Shown here in pieces: positions 12,351 through 54,577 of a stretch of 64,000 nucleotides of DNA. Position 1 is the stretch's first letter, and each line of letters starts with the position of its first letter. The notes under the pieces were generated by a model. It did no database searches. It had not been told where the DNA came from and worked only from the letters and a program-made list of their open reading frames with translations. The translations under genes and the position numbers were made by a program. The stretch is from the NCBI RefSeq assembly GCF_037042905.1, contig NC_087245.1:4776001-4840000 (forward strand), given 5' to 3'. This DNA is from Lytechinus pictus. Lineage: Eukaryota.

Positions 12351-14423
12351 AATTTAGCTCCATCATATAGACCCCAATTGCACTAAAATTATCTGGCCGT
12401 TCGATTAATATTTTGAACGTTCGAGGCTTGTGCCAATTTTGATGAAAATGTATACCCCGATGACTCTATTGTAGTTATGAATCGATATCTAAATTACATA
12501 CACTACTTTCTAACACAAACAAAAATTATGAAACAATAAAAGATTTAAAAAGATGAAACTACATGAAAAATAGACTGGTTAGACTAGACCCTAGAAACAA
12601 CCCTCCTCGAAATGATTTATTCCATTGATTTCCAAGAATCAGTGAAGTGAATGAATAGATGATAAATACAAATTATTTCACTCTTTTTATCGCTGCTTCT
12701 TTCTGGCAAATGGCGCGCTTGTACAAGATTAAATATTCATAAATGCTTTTCTATAAAATTAATGATAAAAATCAACAAAAGATTGGCATTATCTGAACTG
12801 GCTTAAGCAATAAGCGTTGGACAAGGGTATACATTTAGAACATATTTAAAAACACTCTAAAAAGTGAAATATTAAATCAACTTTTGAAATGTTGTAGGAA
12901 TACAACCTTTTCTAAATGATGTGAACTCAAACACTTAATTGTTGGTTTTAGCTTTATGCAAGATTGGATGAAATATTTGGAAAATGTTGACACTCCTCCA
13001 ACAATAACATTTATTTATTGAGAGTGAATGTAGCAATTCGTTATGATTGGGTCATAGCATTTAATGCCCATTAATGATTTAAGTTCTACATCTATATTAA
13101 CATTACTGAATACGATATAAAAATGCAGCGAACTAAACTAAAGAGTGTTTTTTTTTCTCGGTTTGCTAACAAAAGTATATACAACGTGGAATAGATTTCG
13201 AAACGTGCCCATTTCTCGAACGGTCAGTTTATTTTTGGAGAGAGCTCTGTAGATAGAGAAAGAGAATCAAGAAAATTTGTCGGTCATGCAGTTATACTAG
13301 CAACGTATATATAGTTTCAATTTGGTTTTGGAGATGATAGCTTTATTTATCTAATTCAATATCAGATCAATTTCCATAATCATTAAGTAAGAAAGTTGCA
13401 TTGTTCACAGCATTGGATGATGAAGTAATGTATATCAACAGTGCATATCGTGGCTTGTCTGATAAAACCTCTCAAAATTTAAATATTTTGATGACAGCTC
13501 AGAATAAGATTTTAGAGTTATAACATTGGTATAGTAACCTTCCTTTGCCTCGACATGTGTTCTTCACTGGTATCATGAGACTGTTTTCAGACAAAATGAG
13601 ACTGCCGCCATAGCTATATTTTTTTAATACAGCCTTTCCTCAGCTGCCTTTAAAATCTTTTTGAATTTTTTACATTTTGAGATACAGATAGATAGATAGA
13701 TAGGTATTATCAGCTACGAAAGTCAACTTCAATTTCATCTGGACTTTAAAAAAAGGTCTTTACTTTTGTCAACTCAAACGGCCTTTATACAAACTGAAAA
13801 TATTTCACTAGCGTTTGACGGGTAACAAAAGCTAATTAATATATCAATTGAAAGAAAGAAATTAATGAATCGTTTAAGGTTTGAATAAATCAATAACGTC
13901 GACAATTCTAAAGAATCGTAAATCCATAGAAATTAACTTGAATTAATGAATGCATGCAATGTTATAGAAAATGAATAACAAATTGCAAAAATATGTCTAA
14001 TTTTATTAATTTTCTGATAGTATAATGATATAGTCTAATCTATAATCGCCTTTGTTTGGGTATGGCTTAACAATCTGAGCGAGATAAGTACGTGAAATAT
14101 AATCACCGCAATATTTTGAAATAAAGGCATACTATACAATAAATTCAAAATGATTTGCTTTGTATTAACCCGCCTTCGTTTATTATGTTTCTTAAAATTA
14201 TAAGCAATACATTTGTGGAAAAAAAAACCTGACAGTCTATATGAAAAGCCTTTGTAAGCCGTTGAAAACACCTGGTTGTATATAGGTCATTCCACATGAA
14301 TCAAGATATCTGAGAACGAGGAGTTTATTAATTTGAATGAATGTGTTAATGAATAAAATGGGTAAATGTATGAATTAATTAGCGAACGAATTTATCTAAT
14401 GAGTCAACAAATAAACAAACATA

Positions 14424-14642
14424 CACAGTAAAAACGCTGTTTAAGATTTTATACAACGCTGTTTACTATATGAACCTTACAGTATTTGTTTAACCGTTTA
14501 AAAAATCATGTTTAATTTTTTGAAAATTAGATGTTGAAAATTAAACTTTGTTGCTTAAGATTTAAACAGTTGTTTAAACTGTTTAAACAATTGCTGTAAG
14601 GTTCATATAGTAAACAGCGTTGTATAATTTTTTTTTACTGTG
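14424..14642. mobile_element. Palindromic MITE with TA flanks (Tc1/mariner-type)
   Basis: TA|CACAGTAAAA...TTTTACTGTG|TA; long imperfect inverted arms including ttatacaacgctgtttactatatgaaccttacag / ctgtaaggttcatatagtaaacagcgttgtataa. Confidence 0.85.
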
Positions 14643-16167
14643 TACAGACGAGAAAGAATGAATGATTGAATGAATTATAGAACAACTTAAGCTGGATTGT
14701 CGTATATACATAAATATATTAAAAACATAAGAATATGCATGTAGAAAAGATAAATAGAAAAGTGAATTCATTCAGTAAAATGGGTGTTCACTTCGGAAAA
14801 TCAAAACAAGTGACGAAAAAAAGAGAAAGAGTTTTTTAGTGTCAATATTGGGTAAAAGTGCTCCATGAGGGTAATTTGTGTCCAACCAACATTGGGCATT
14901 TTTATCTATCCAGTGTGATAAAAATTTTGTCCATTCTAAAGTAATTGCTGCTTATTTGTTAACCTTACTGGACAATATATGCTTCCCGCATTGGGTATAT
15001 ACTGCCCCAAATTGGTTGGATACATAATTACCTTCGTGGTGGTAAAATTTTTACCCAACATTTTTATTTACAGTGTATACAGTATATCGGAGGGGGGGGG
15101 GGGTAAACTCATGCACATTATACACATACAGAAAACATTAATTATACTCACAATTGCTTTTATACACTCTAAAAACAAATCAGTCAAAATAACTCGTTAA
15201 TAGGGTCAGCTGGGTGCAAATGTTATTTTAGTCATATTTGACTATTTTCTAGTCGTACTTTACTAGAATGTAGAATAATATGACTAGAATATATGTCAGA
15301 AATGTGACATAGTCGGTGGAAAGATCCCACTTCGAGTCTATTTAGAGGAATTCCTTGCATCTTACTCGAATCAGAAATAGAATGTAATTAAATAAAGAAT
15401 GAAACTATGAAAGAGTCAGGGCCGCCGCACACATTACGACTTGTCTAGATCCAATTTTGTAACAAACTGCATTTTGTTTATTTCCTGAAAATATGAATGA
15501 TTATAATATTTTTATTTGGGGATCAATATAACTGTAAAAATACTAATTCGATTGTTGTTTATAGTATTGCAAGCATTTATTTTGGAGTAAAGGCCAAATT
15601 TGTTTTCAATCATAGCCGATCGTATGATTGCTATGACGTCATGGAAGGTAGCATAGTATGGATTTGAATATTGTTATTTGTACGATGGTATATAACTTTT
15701 CACAGTAAGAGGCATGTCTAAATATTCGGGTCGCAGAAGATGTGTGGCGGCCATAAGCCTTTTCAGGTTTTAAAAAACTTGTGCATAAATCACGAATTAT
15801 GAGCAACGATAGATGAGTCTTTTGGGTCTTTTTCATATATATATTTTTTTAATTGCCCAACAAAGTAAAACACCTCTATTGAGAGAGCACCTGTCTCCAT
15901 TATTTATTTGAACGCAGACATGGCAAAAAGTACTCTAAAAAATAAACCTGAATATGTTACCATAACAACGAATAAGAAAATACAAAGCGGACGGATTTAT
16001 TCATATATAGGCCTGAAATTGCGTGTTAATTAGATCTTATGATTTAGAAATAAATATATCGAGATTGAATGAAAAAAGCAGTTGAAATATGAAAAGAAAG
16101 GAGAAGAAGACGGAACAGAAAATGGAAAAATAAAAAATAAAGGAAACGTGAAGAGGAAAATATCGGA

Positions 16168-16480
16168 ATGTTGTTGTTGATGATGATAATGATGATGATG
16201 ATGGTGATGATGAAGATGATGATCATGATGATGATGATGGTGATGATGATGATGGTGATAATGATGATGATAATGATGATGATGGTGATAATGATGATGA
16301 TAGTGGTGATAATGATGATAATGATGGTGATGATGATGGTGGTGATAATGATGATGGTGATGATGATGGTGATAATGATGATGATCATGATAATGATGAT
16401 GGTGATAATGATGATGATAATGATGAATGATGGTAATGATGATGATAATGATGATGGTGATGATGATAATACTGATGATA
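16168..16480. repeat. (ATG/GTG/ATA)n trinucleotide microsatellite
   Basis: About 310 bp of tgatgatga-type repeats; explains the poly-His/Ile/Met ORFs. Confidence 0.95.
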
Positions 16481-16850
16481 TCATACAGTATTATACGTCG
16501 CAATTATATCACTACCAAATAAGAACATTGCTTTGTCCATAATACAGCGAAGGAAACATTATTCCTTTTAAATTCTCCATTAAACTGGAGAGAAAATAGC
16601 AAAACGGAACAAAAATTTGTTAATTTCCTCTGACATTTACTCTTCCACCTAAAATGGCCTAGGTCTAAATCAAAGTTCCTAATGTTACTATTTACTAAGA
16701 GAGGGGGCAATAAATCACTGTAAATTAAATACTGGGAGTAACATTCTATTTGAAGGATTGTACATATGTTTACTAACTTATGTGTGAAGAAAAGATATGA
16801 AACAAATAGTAAAAATAAAAATCAAACATAAAATAGCTCTAATTTTTGAA

Positions 16851-17200
16851 CCCCGGGGGAGGGGGGGGGGGGCAGTCAAATGTATTGCTGTACACATGCG
16901 TGACCAAATTATTTCCAAACACCCCCTAAACGATTTTTTTTTCTCTGTTTGCAAAATAACCCTCTAAACAAGTTTTTCGCGGGCTTTTTTTAAATTATTT
17001 TTTTACACAAGTTGGTCCCTAATTAAGTTGTCGCCAGAATATGACCTAGGGGAAAAAGCTTTGGGAAAAACATACCCTAAACACGTTTGGCTGGTCTTTA
17101 AAAACAATGCTTTGGAAAAAATACATACCCTAAATACGTTTGACCCCGCGATTGACCATTGACCAGTCTTTCAAAACCACCCTTTTTCTTGAAAATCGGT

Positions 17201-17235
<35 letters not shown>

Positions 17236-17295
17236 GGGGGGGGGGGGGGTCACGTATGTGTACGGCAATATATTTGACTGCCCCCCCCCCCCGGG
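16851..17295. mobile_element. Non-autonomous TIR element with poly-G/poly-C termini
   Basis: CCCGG(G)n-CAGTCAAATGTATTGCTGTACACATGCGTGACC ... GGTCACGTATGTGTACGGCAATATATTTGACTG-(C)nGGG; internal ccctaaac repeats. Confidence 0.8.
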
Positions 17296-17429
17296 ATTAA
17301 AACCCGTCTGTAAATATAAAAAATTGCTTCGTATTATCATGCTTATATCTTACCTATATGTAGAAGAAAAAGAAAGAAGAAAATAAAGCATGATGAAAGT
17401 CCCATGATGGACAAACTTCATTTATTCAC

Positions 17430-17673
17430 CCTTTTCCAAATCTGGTCAATGGTCAGTCGCGGTGTCAAACATATTTAGGGTATGTTTTTTTTTCAAAGCT
17501 TTTTAAGACTAGTCAAACGTGTTTAGGGTATGTTTTTCCCCAATGCTTTTTCTCCGGGGTCATATTCTGGCGATTTGTTTAGGGGCCAAAATGTGTAAAT
17601 AAAGCCAGAGAAAAACTTGTTTAGGGGGTTATTTTGCACACAGCAAAAGATTTGACTGCCCCCCCCCCCCGGG
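17430..17673. mobile_element. Second, internally deleted copy of the 16851-17295 element in inverted orientation
   Basis: Reverse complement of the first copy's interior (e.g. ggtcaatggtca, gtttagggtatgtttttccc, ggtcatattctggcga), ending atttgactg(C)nGGG. Confidence 0.75.
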
Positions 17674-19607
17674 TCGCTAGCGTAAAGGGCAAGCAGACTT
17701 TTTATCAAGATATAGCATGGACCTATAGGTCCATGGATATAGTGACCCGACAAGGCCGTTTGTTAATTGCCACCCTCCTCTCATGTTCTTCACTTTTATT
17801 CCTCGTTATATATTCCCTTCCCATTCGCTTTCATCCCTTATTTATATTATCCTTTTCCCTTCACCCCGCCCCCCTTTCTCTCAATTTGTTTCGCTGCCAT
17901 TTTGAAGCAGCGGCCATTTGGCTCCGGACTCCCTCCTATTGTAAAATTAATTCCCCTGTCACTGTTTTATTTTCCTGGAGTGTGAATGGCAGTCTTTCTT
18001 CCTCGTCCTTTCTCTTTTTACTTGGGGGGGGGGGGGGGTCCCCTCGCCATCTGGATTCGCGCCTATATTGAAGGCAAGGTCCTTTCCCACCAGACTTCGT
18101 TTTTTCTTTCTTCCATTCTTTTGTGGGAGAAAATTTAGGATGGAAAGACGTTTTTTTTAAAGAACCCGCCCTTCAAGGCTAGAGGCCGTCTTTTTTCACC
18201 CCCTCATATTTCTCTCTTCGCCGATATATTTCCCTTCATTCCCCCTGCTTTTACTCTTTTAGCTTCTCCTTTTCTCTCTTTCCTACCTTTCTAATCTTCT
18301 CTTATTTTTCCTCATCTCTTCCTTACAATCTCCTTTTTAAAAACATTTTGTTTGTTTACTTTCCCACTCTCCATTTCTTTCATTTTCTTTTCTCTTTCCA
18401 CTCTCACTTTCCTTTCTAACCTTCCCTTTTTGGGGGGGGGGGGGGTGTGAGGGAGCCCCCCTCACATCCATGCCTGCCTCCTGATTATCCAAGCATAAAA
18501 TTAACAGATACCAGATTGTATTTCTTTTTAACACTCAATAGAATAGGCCTTTTGTGCATACACAAACTGTTTCTAATGGCATTAAATGTTGTGATGGCCT
18601 GAAATTGGAACTTGGTCAAAATAATTGCATCCTTGCTCTAGATTTCATATAATTTGGGTTAATGGACAATAAAACCCTGGAAAATTATTACCAGCACTCC
18701 ATATATTTGTACAATAACTTATCCCCTATATATCTCTCCAGGTGCAGCTTGTCTGTTTTTCCTCTGCTCAAGGTAATATTGAGTTCACAAAAAGGCAGGT
18801 GGCATCTTAGAGACAATAGAGAAAACATTTTTTTGTCCAAAATAAATCAAGGTGTACTACTAACCTTTAATTTTGAAGCCACATTACCAAATTGATACTT
18901 CAAAACTTTTTCATTTTGTGACAGATTTTGAACTAAAAAAAATGTTCCTACTTACAAAAATAAAAAAATTTATTCTCCTTATAATTCATTCAATGCAATG
19001 ACTTCATGAAACGATCATTACAAAAGCGCATTCAGCTCCCGATACAAACGATACCTGCCCAGGATGTAGCTCTACTGAATAGGAAGGGGTGCGACTGCAC
19101 ATCAGTATGGAATTTTAGATCTCACATCAAGATAATGAGTGAAGCACCATGACACACTGATAATGTTCATGTAAGGCTTACCATTCATATCTCTAAACAC
19201 AATGTTGACCAATAAATGGTCAATGTAAGAGATGTTCATGTATTATGTGCGTGCACAGTGGTCAAACTTAATGATCATTTTACCCTGCGCAATAAAAAGT
19301 TGAAATTTGGGAAAGCATTAACTTTTTTAATGTTAACACAATAAAAATTCTGTAACAAATTTTGAGGGCATTTTGGTGGCAAAGCACTTATCTCAATAAA
19401 CACCCTCGACTTTCTACACCCCTCAATAATTGAGTAGAGTACCCTGGTATAAGTTGATCTTCCCTGATCTGCTCAGGGTACAGGTGGAATGTTACTCAGG
19501 AGACTAAATGCGCTCATTAATTCGGTTTGAAGTACAGAGGTGACTCTATGTATAGGCATACATCATACACTCTGAGCTAACAATGGTTGATTGGTTGTTC
19601 ACTAGTC

Positions 19608-19613
19608 TTTATT
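19608..19613 (-). terminator. Polyadenylation signal of RPL11
   Basis: AATAAA on the minus strand about 165 nt downstream of the RPL11 stop codon. Confidence 0.7.
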
Positions 19614-19776
19614 GAACATAGAGTACATATATGGCATGGCGGCATTGTGTTGAGAGACAAGATACTGATGAATTGAGAGCTCCTGGTCTGATGGCTCCTA
19701 GTCAGGTGTTAAAATCATTGTTGAGTTTGAGAAGAGTGTCGCATGTGTGTGTTGACGATAGGCTGGAAGTGGGTGC

Positions 19777-29217
<9,441 letters not shown>

Positions 29218-29225
29218 GTTTGATA

Positions 29226-29233
29226 GAAAGAGA
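29226..29233 (-). promoter_or_regulatory. TCT / 5'TOP initiator of RPL11
   Basis: Minus strand gTCTCTTTCtatcaaacATG: a polypyrimidine initiator just upstream of the ATG, as is established for metazoan ribosomal-protein genes. Confidence 0.8.
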
Positions 29234-29397
29234 CTGGTTCAACGTAATTTGATTTTTGTTTATTTTTAGACTCGAAATAATCGAATAATTATTATATTTT
29301 AAAAACAAATAAATTAATTTATACATTTTTATAATACAATTAGGTGATTTACCATTCAAAATATTTTAGAAATTGAATACTATTAATCGTAGCTTTA

Positions 29398-29435
29398 GTT
29401 GACATGATAGAGCCTGAAATCTGGACCATAGCAAC
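29398..29435 (+). promoter_or_regulatory. Candidate RFX X-box motifs upstream of DRC1
   Basis: TGGACCATAGCAAC (29422-29435, strong right half-site) and GTTGACATGATAG (29398-29410), 70-110 bp upstream of the DRC1 ATG; ciliary genes are commonly RFX targets. Confidence 0.55.
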
Positions 29436-29505
29436 ATTTGTTAGTTCATGACTTTTCAGTCTCCGTGCCGCCGCTGTTGATCTAGGCCCCTAAAATAAAT
29501 GTAAA

Positions 29506-48223
<18,718 letters not shown>

Positions 48224-51200
48224 TGACCATGGAATGGCCCTTAGCCACATGAATGCCTATGGATGGGACAGTCTATTTTATGAGCACAGGGAAAGCTGGG
48301 GGGGGGGGATGAAACAGAGATGCATTACATATTTACTATCAATCATAACTTTTAGTACATGATTTGTCAGAGAGTTTCAGCTATGCTTGTGTAATCTGTG
48401 ATTTACCTAGACTTGACAGGTCATTACCAGATGAATATGTATGAGATCAAGTATTTCATTTCATACTTCAAGAGCAATAATGTTCTTGAATAGAATTAGC
48501 ACATTTCTGCCTCCTCAAAGAACCCTTGTTTTGACATTCCATGACCAATCGTTTCTTTTTAGCAATTTTATATTTTGAGTTGAGGGAGAAGATTGGTAGT
48601 GATTACACTGTTCAGGGATTAAGTTTTGATTGCTTGTACCTGTTTGACTAGCATTAATAACACCAATAGTATATTTACCAAAGGTCGCCACTTCAGTTCC
48701 AATAACTGTTTTCCAAGCGAGCCCTGCCATTATTATTATTGGAATATTTCAGCACAGGTCCTCAAGACATCTGAACATCTCTCTCAATTTGGGGGGGAGG
48801 GGAATCAAATAACTTTGTTTTTTAATTTACACAAGCACTAATGCAACATTTCACACTATGATGGACTATGTGTAAAGTTTCCTACAAAACCTGAAAATTT
48901 CATGATGGAATTGTATAGCGATTTTATATCAGACTGATAAGAAAGCATGGATGCTGATTTATAGACTAAGTCAGGTTTAACTTAAGCCATGGTCTAACTC
49001 TGTGTTAAAATTATGGGAATCTACCACTATTTTCAAAATTGCATTTAGATTGTTTCCTATATTTACTTGGCTCTTCCTCATGTTTTATTTAATAAGAATT
49101 ATTTTAGTTCTAACTCCCAGGCAGTTATGAATCATTTGAGTGTCGAATGAGCTGACAAATTGAATTTGTACCGTCACAATTGGCTATCCATAAGTTAATC
49201 CACAACTTTGGACCAGACTTAAATTAAACTCGGGTTCATAATATAGATGACTGTATATATTTGTACAAAACATAAATTGATATAATACTGTATTATGTTA
49301 TTATTTGGTGTAAGTATGACACTAAGAAATCTGATACATCCACTTTGGTTCTTATATTGTTTTATATCTGCTTGAGACATGTATGAAATGTGAAAAATTG
49401 AGATGAAATTTTGGTGCAAAAGATGAGGAATAATAGTGAAAAATAAATTGCATGAGAGAGAAAGAGATGTACATAAAACAGTACACATACACAAAAACAC
49501 TCAATAAGCTGTAGTTGATTTCACAAGATGTGTATTTTTTCAAAACTCGATACATACATAACTTGTTTCAATTGAACATTTTGTTTTTTTTCTTCAGAGA
49601 AATAACCTTTTTTTTTGCACAAAGAATACTTGCCACTGATTCCACTCTATAAGACACTACAAAGAACAAAACCCGTGATTAATCACTCCCTTTAATATCT
49701 GTGCATCCATGTTAACAAATAAGTCAATAACGAAGCACTGAATTTCCTAAATAATGAGATATTTCACCAAAAGCAGTAATTCATTGAGAATAGATTACAT
49801 TTCCCCTTCACAATCAATATGCATAAACCGCCATTTTATGCCACAGAATACAGCATTTCTTTCATCTGGTTTAGCATGTAGAAAAAGAAAATAGCGAATC
49901 AGTTTTACATAATAAAAGACCATTAAGCATTTAATATAAAGCATTTCAATGAATAGCAAGGTATCACATGTACAAGTACTACTATGAGAGTTTACATTAG
50001 ATGAAATTGCTATAAATAAAAAGTGAATTCTGTGTACATGAATCCTTTAATATCATGTTTACATACATTATTCAACAGCATTAAAAAATCCAAACAAAGG
50101 GGTCAGTTAAATGCTATACTGTATCATGGGAAACTTTAATAAGAAATAAATCATTTTGTAAGTAGAAAGATTGATTGATAACTACTTGTTTTTATTTCAT
50201 AATATATCCCAGAATCATAAGTTCCCTGATAATTTCAACACATCATAAAACATTAACTTTACTAAGGTAGAACTAAGTTAAAACAGATACGCACTGATGT
50301 ACATAAATACACAGACCCCAAGACTTTCCAACTGGAAAATAGGCATGAACTTGAACAAAAACATGTCTGAAACAACATTTCCCTATTGAGTGAAAATTCA
50401 AATTAATAAATTATATGATCCAGAGCTTTGAATTGTAAACATTCATATCCTTTCCTCCAAAAAGAGAATTGGGGGTCCTAAAATACATAATGCCATTGGG
50501 AAACAAAACAAATTAATAAAATCTACTACCATAAAAAGATATTCCTAGATTTTACAGATACATGTACCGTGTAACATTTAAAATGAGCATTGATCAAATC
50601 TTAATTATTTTGTACAGATTTTAACTTAAATTCAAACAATATTTAATTTCAATGATTAAGAAAAATCATGACAGACCTGCATTGAATTTCATTGTTTTTA
50701 TATTTCTTTTTTTAAGATCATGGGTACATTTTAATTTTAGGAAAATTAGGCAAATGGTGACCCTCATGAACTATGAAGCTAGTGATTTAAAAAGGATTAA
50801 GTAATACCCTACAGTAAATGATACATAATCTGGGAGTAATAAATACCACATCCATGAAACACTATATCTGTACTCTATCTGTGAGTATGAAGGCTACATG
50901 AATATAGTTCAATGAATAAAGCTCTATAATGCTCTTTCAAATGAAACATTTGTAAGCAAAACATATATACATAGACATCATATCAACAGTGCATATCACT
51001 TTCATGTTAAAACTATACTTGTTATTTGCAAAATAAAATAAAAGAATAATCTGAAAATAATCTATATATCCTTCTGTTGCAAAGTAATCTATGTAGAAAT
51101 AATACATTGATTGTTGCAATCAGCATAAACTGAATTCTTTAAAAGTAGAAGTATTTTGGTCAGGCATGTGATGGCTTTCAAAACTGTTCCATTTTCTCCT

Positions 51201-54200
51201 TATATATATTTTTAATTTTGAGTGAAAATCCAAGCATCAGGCCATCATTCATATGTTGCTAATCTCATACTGTATCGCTAACAATACATTGACAGTGTCA
51301 TTCAACAAGCTTCAAAACCTACTGTAGCTCAACATATCTGCAAATCAGCACACATATTCCCCTCAAATACCATACTGGAAAGCTATCATGGCAAAAACCA
51401 ACGTCACAACATCATGTAAGAACTTGGCTCACAGAGAAAATTATTATAGAATTATTGTTTCCTGCCATTGCATTGTAAGTTTTTTTTTTTTTAAAGATGT
51501 ATACAATCAAAGAATTGTGAACAAAAATAAAGATAAACAAAGATTAAAAAAAGAAGATAATTACCCATTCTACTTTTAATACGTGTAACGAGTATTGATA
51601 CCCAGTATCATGAATTATCTTAATGTAACACATCTAGACTTGGTATGTTAAATACTTTCAACCCGTACCATAGAATTGTAAGGAGTTTTAAAATCTTATC
51701 ACCACTAAATGTAGCATTTGTATAATCTCAAAATGTACATCATGACACTAATATATCTCAGCCAACAAAGCATGTCAATTTTCAGAAATAATAAAAGCAC
51801 AAATATACACAACATACTTAACATTTACTTCTAAACGTGTCATCCATTTTCACAATCAATTAAAACACATAATCATCAGTACTATATCTTATCCTATTTC
51901 GGCATTAACCAAAAATGGGAAGAAAACAAACTCTATTATACAGGTAATCACTTAATGGTAATTTGTGACAGTTTTTAATCAACATAAAATAGTATGCATT
52001 ATTTTTCATTATATGATAGATAATTTCAAAGATTAGTTAAACAAAAAAAATTGTCAAATATGACACTAAGACTCTCAGAGCCCATAAACTTCTGTTGCAT
52101 TAGAACATCTGGAAAAAAAAGAAAAACAAAGCTATAACATCCAATTTTCATGACACATATATACAAATACTATACTTTATACAATCCAGTACTAATACCT
52201 CTACAAGACATTTTACATGAAATAAAAATACTGGAGACTTATGCTACACATTACAGCTCAATTTAAATCAAGGTTTCAGTCACAACAGACCCTAGTTTAA
52301 AACTCACAATCAATTTCTATTTTTCTTTGTGTATATAGAAAGGCATCAAATTCATTCACTATATTTGAACTTATTCTCTTGTCTAAAATAGGTGTAAATT
52401 AAGGATCAGCAAAGAATAAGACTCAATGCCCGGTAAAGGTCAACCTCACAAATCAATGCTTAATTGCTTATTCTGGACTCTCTTGTGCACTACAGAATAG
52501 TTATTATGTCTGGGCTGTGCCATGTTATATTTCAAAGGGGGAATTTATCCTTGCGCAAAGTTGATTTTAGTGAAAACAGATAAAACAAACATTACGATGG
52601 TTTGGCAAAAAATCTCTAAAAAAGAATAATGTATTATTGATTTTAACAGTTTTAACAATTTTTTTTTGGACGTCACATGCGAGCAGCTCCCCATATGCCA
52701 TGTGATATAAAATTTCATGAACTGTCTTTTTCTTTTAAGACAAGGGTTTTACTTGTTCATTTTATATATTAGTAGACATATCAAGCATGCTTCTATTTAT
52801 ATTCATATTCACTAACTATGTGTGGCAGTTGCTCGCATATGACATCGAACTATTAGTCAGGCTGAACTACCCCTTTAAGTATACTATTCTATTCCCCCAC
52901 AAGCATTTAGAGGAGAAAGAGGGAGAGAGGGAGCGAGTATTAAATGCAACTCTTTAAAACAAAATAATGAGTTCCTCTTTTAATAATATTACGGTACACT
53001 GATTGCGTCTTTAAACAAAAGCTACATACACATGTAACTGCAAAGTTGGAAACAACAATATGAACTACATCAATTTCAGACAAAAGTGTAAAGGCTTACA
53101 TGAATATATTGATACAATCAACAATCAACTTTGATTTAAAAAATGATGTTTGATCTCAATTTACCATAGAATACCTACTGTGTATGCAGTATATGATACT
53201 AAACATTGAGCTTGATACACATATACTGTACTTTAGGTTTTAATCTTATGACAATATATGATACAGGGGATGAATGTACAATGAGCAAGACATTTATGAG
53301 AGCTAACAATGTCAAAAGGAGCAAAGCTTGAAAAGTCCACTGTTTCCAACTCATAATTTGTCTTTAGTTTTATAACATATTTTTGCTGAAATGGTCATTT
53401 ACATTGCACTAAAACATCCAGATGTAACTACAAGTATACTAGAGTTAAACCCTAACTCCTGAAATTATTTTATTACACATAAGGCTGTATGTAAAATGTT
53501 TCAAAACTGAACCGAATTATTTATGAGTTGTCAATCAATACTTGCTGGTTCGTAAATAGTAAACATGTGTAGGAATTCAAAGAAACATACAACAGGCATG
53601 TTAAAAATGCTTTACAATCTAGGCAAAGCAATATTTAGATATTACTATGAATTATATTTTATATTTAAAAGAGAATCCAGTGCAATTTATCCATGCCAAT
53701 CTGATTATGAATTATGTTTAATCCAATGGAGACAAGTTGAAACTGGCATACTACACATTTTCTGTATACCCAAGTCAAACAAATCTCAGGCATAGATCAA
53801 ACGAGTCAAAGTCAATTTTGTACAAGTTATCCTGAGCAATTGGATCTGACTTTTAAATATTTTTAACTCGTAATGTGCCAGAGATATTACAACTGGATAT
53901 GTTTTTGCCAACTAATGACCTTTGCATGTTCAAACAAGCCTGACCAATTTTATCATACATTTCTGATGTGGTTTATGTTCTTTTCATTTACTTCATTTAA
54001 AAAAAAGTGAAGATGGTGGTGCTTCCTTGAGATGATTTTACAAGAACTGATTTCATCAATAGGGATAATCATCACATGTCAGATATAAAACCACTTTTCT
54101 GAATTTGTAGTGATCATGAAAGCTGAATTTATGTGTTTTTAAAAATTATCCTTTTGAAGCATGAGGGAACTTTTTCAGCAACAGGCTCAAAGGTCCTCAG

Positions 54201-54577
54201 TGGTATTTTGCAAAGGGCCCCTTCCATTTAAAAGTAACTAAAAGGCAACTTAATTTTCAACCAATTAAAAATGCACATTTGGGCCTTGCACTTTATTTTT
54301 ATAGTTGCTTTTAAACGCAAGCGATCTTACAAATGGACCATCAACATCACCATTGATAAATTATAATTCAAATCAGAGTGACATTTGAACAATATAGAGA
54401 CTTCATATGACTTGACTAGATAATACTCTTTACTTCTTAAGTACAGGATAGATGATAAACCAAAGCCTAAATAAGAGTACAACACTGGTTTACACCATAA
54501 CATGTGATAATCAGCATTGATAAAACTTGTATAGCAGTGTGAATGGCCCCATAACCAAGTCACATACACACTACTTA

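Noticed and set aside
16030..16542. Poly-His, poly-Ile and poly-Met ORFs
   Set aside because: Artefacts of an (ATG)n microsatellite that is open in several frames; no splice or codon evidence.
18741..18771. Short AG...GT-bounded exon-like stretch on +
   Set aside because: No partner exons or protein similarity; likely chance.
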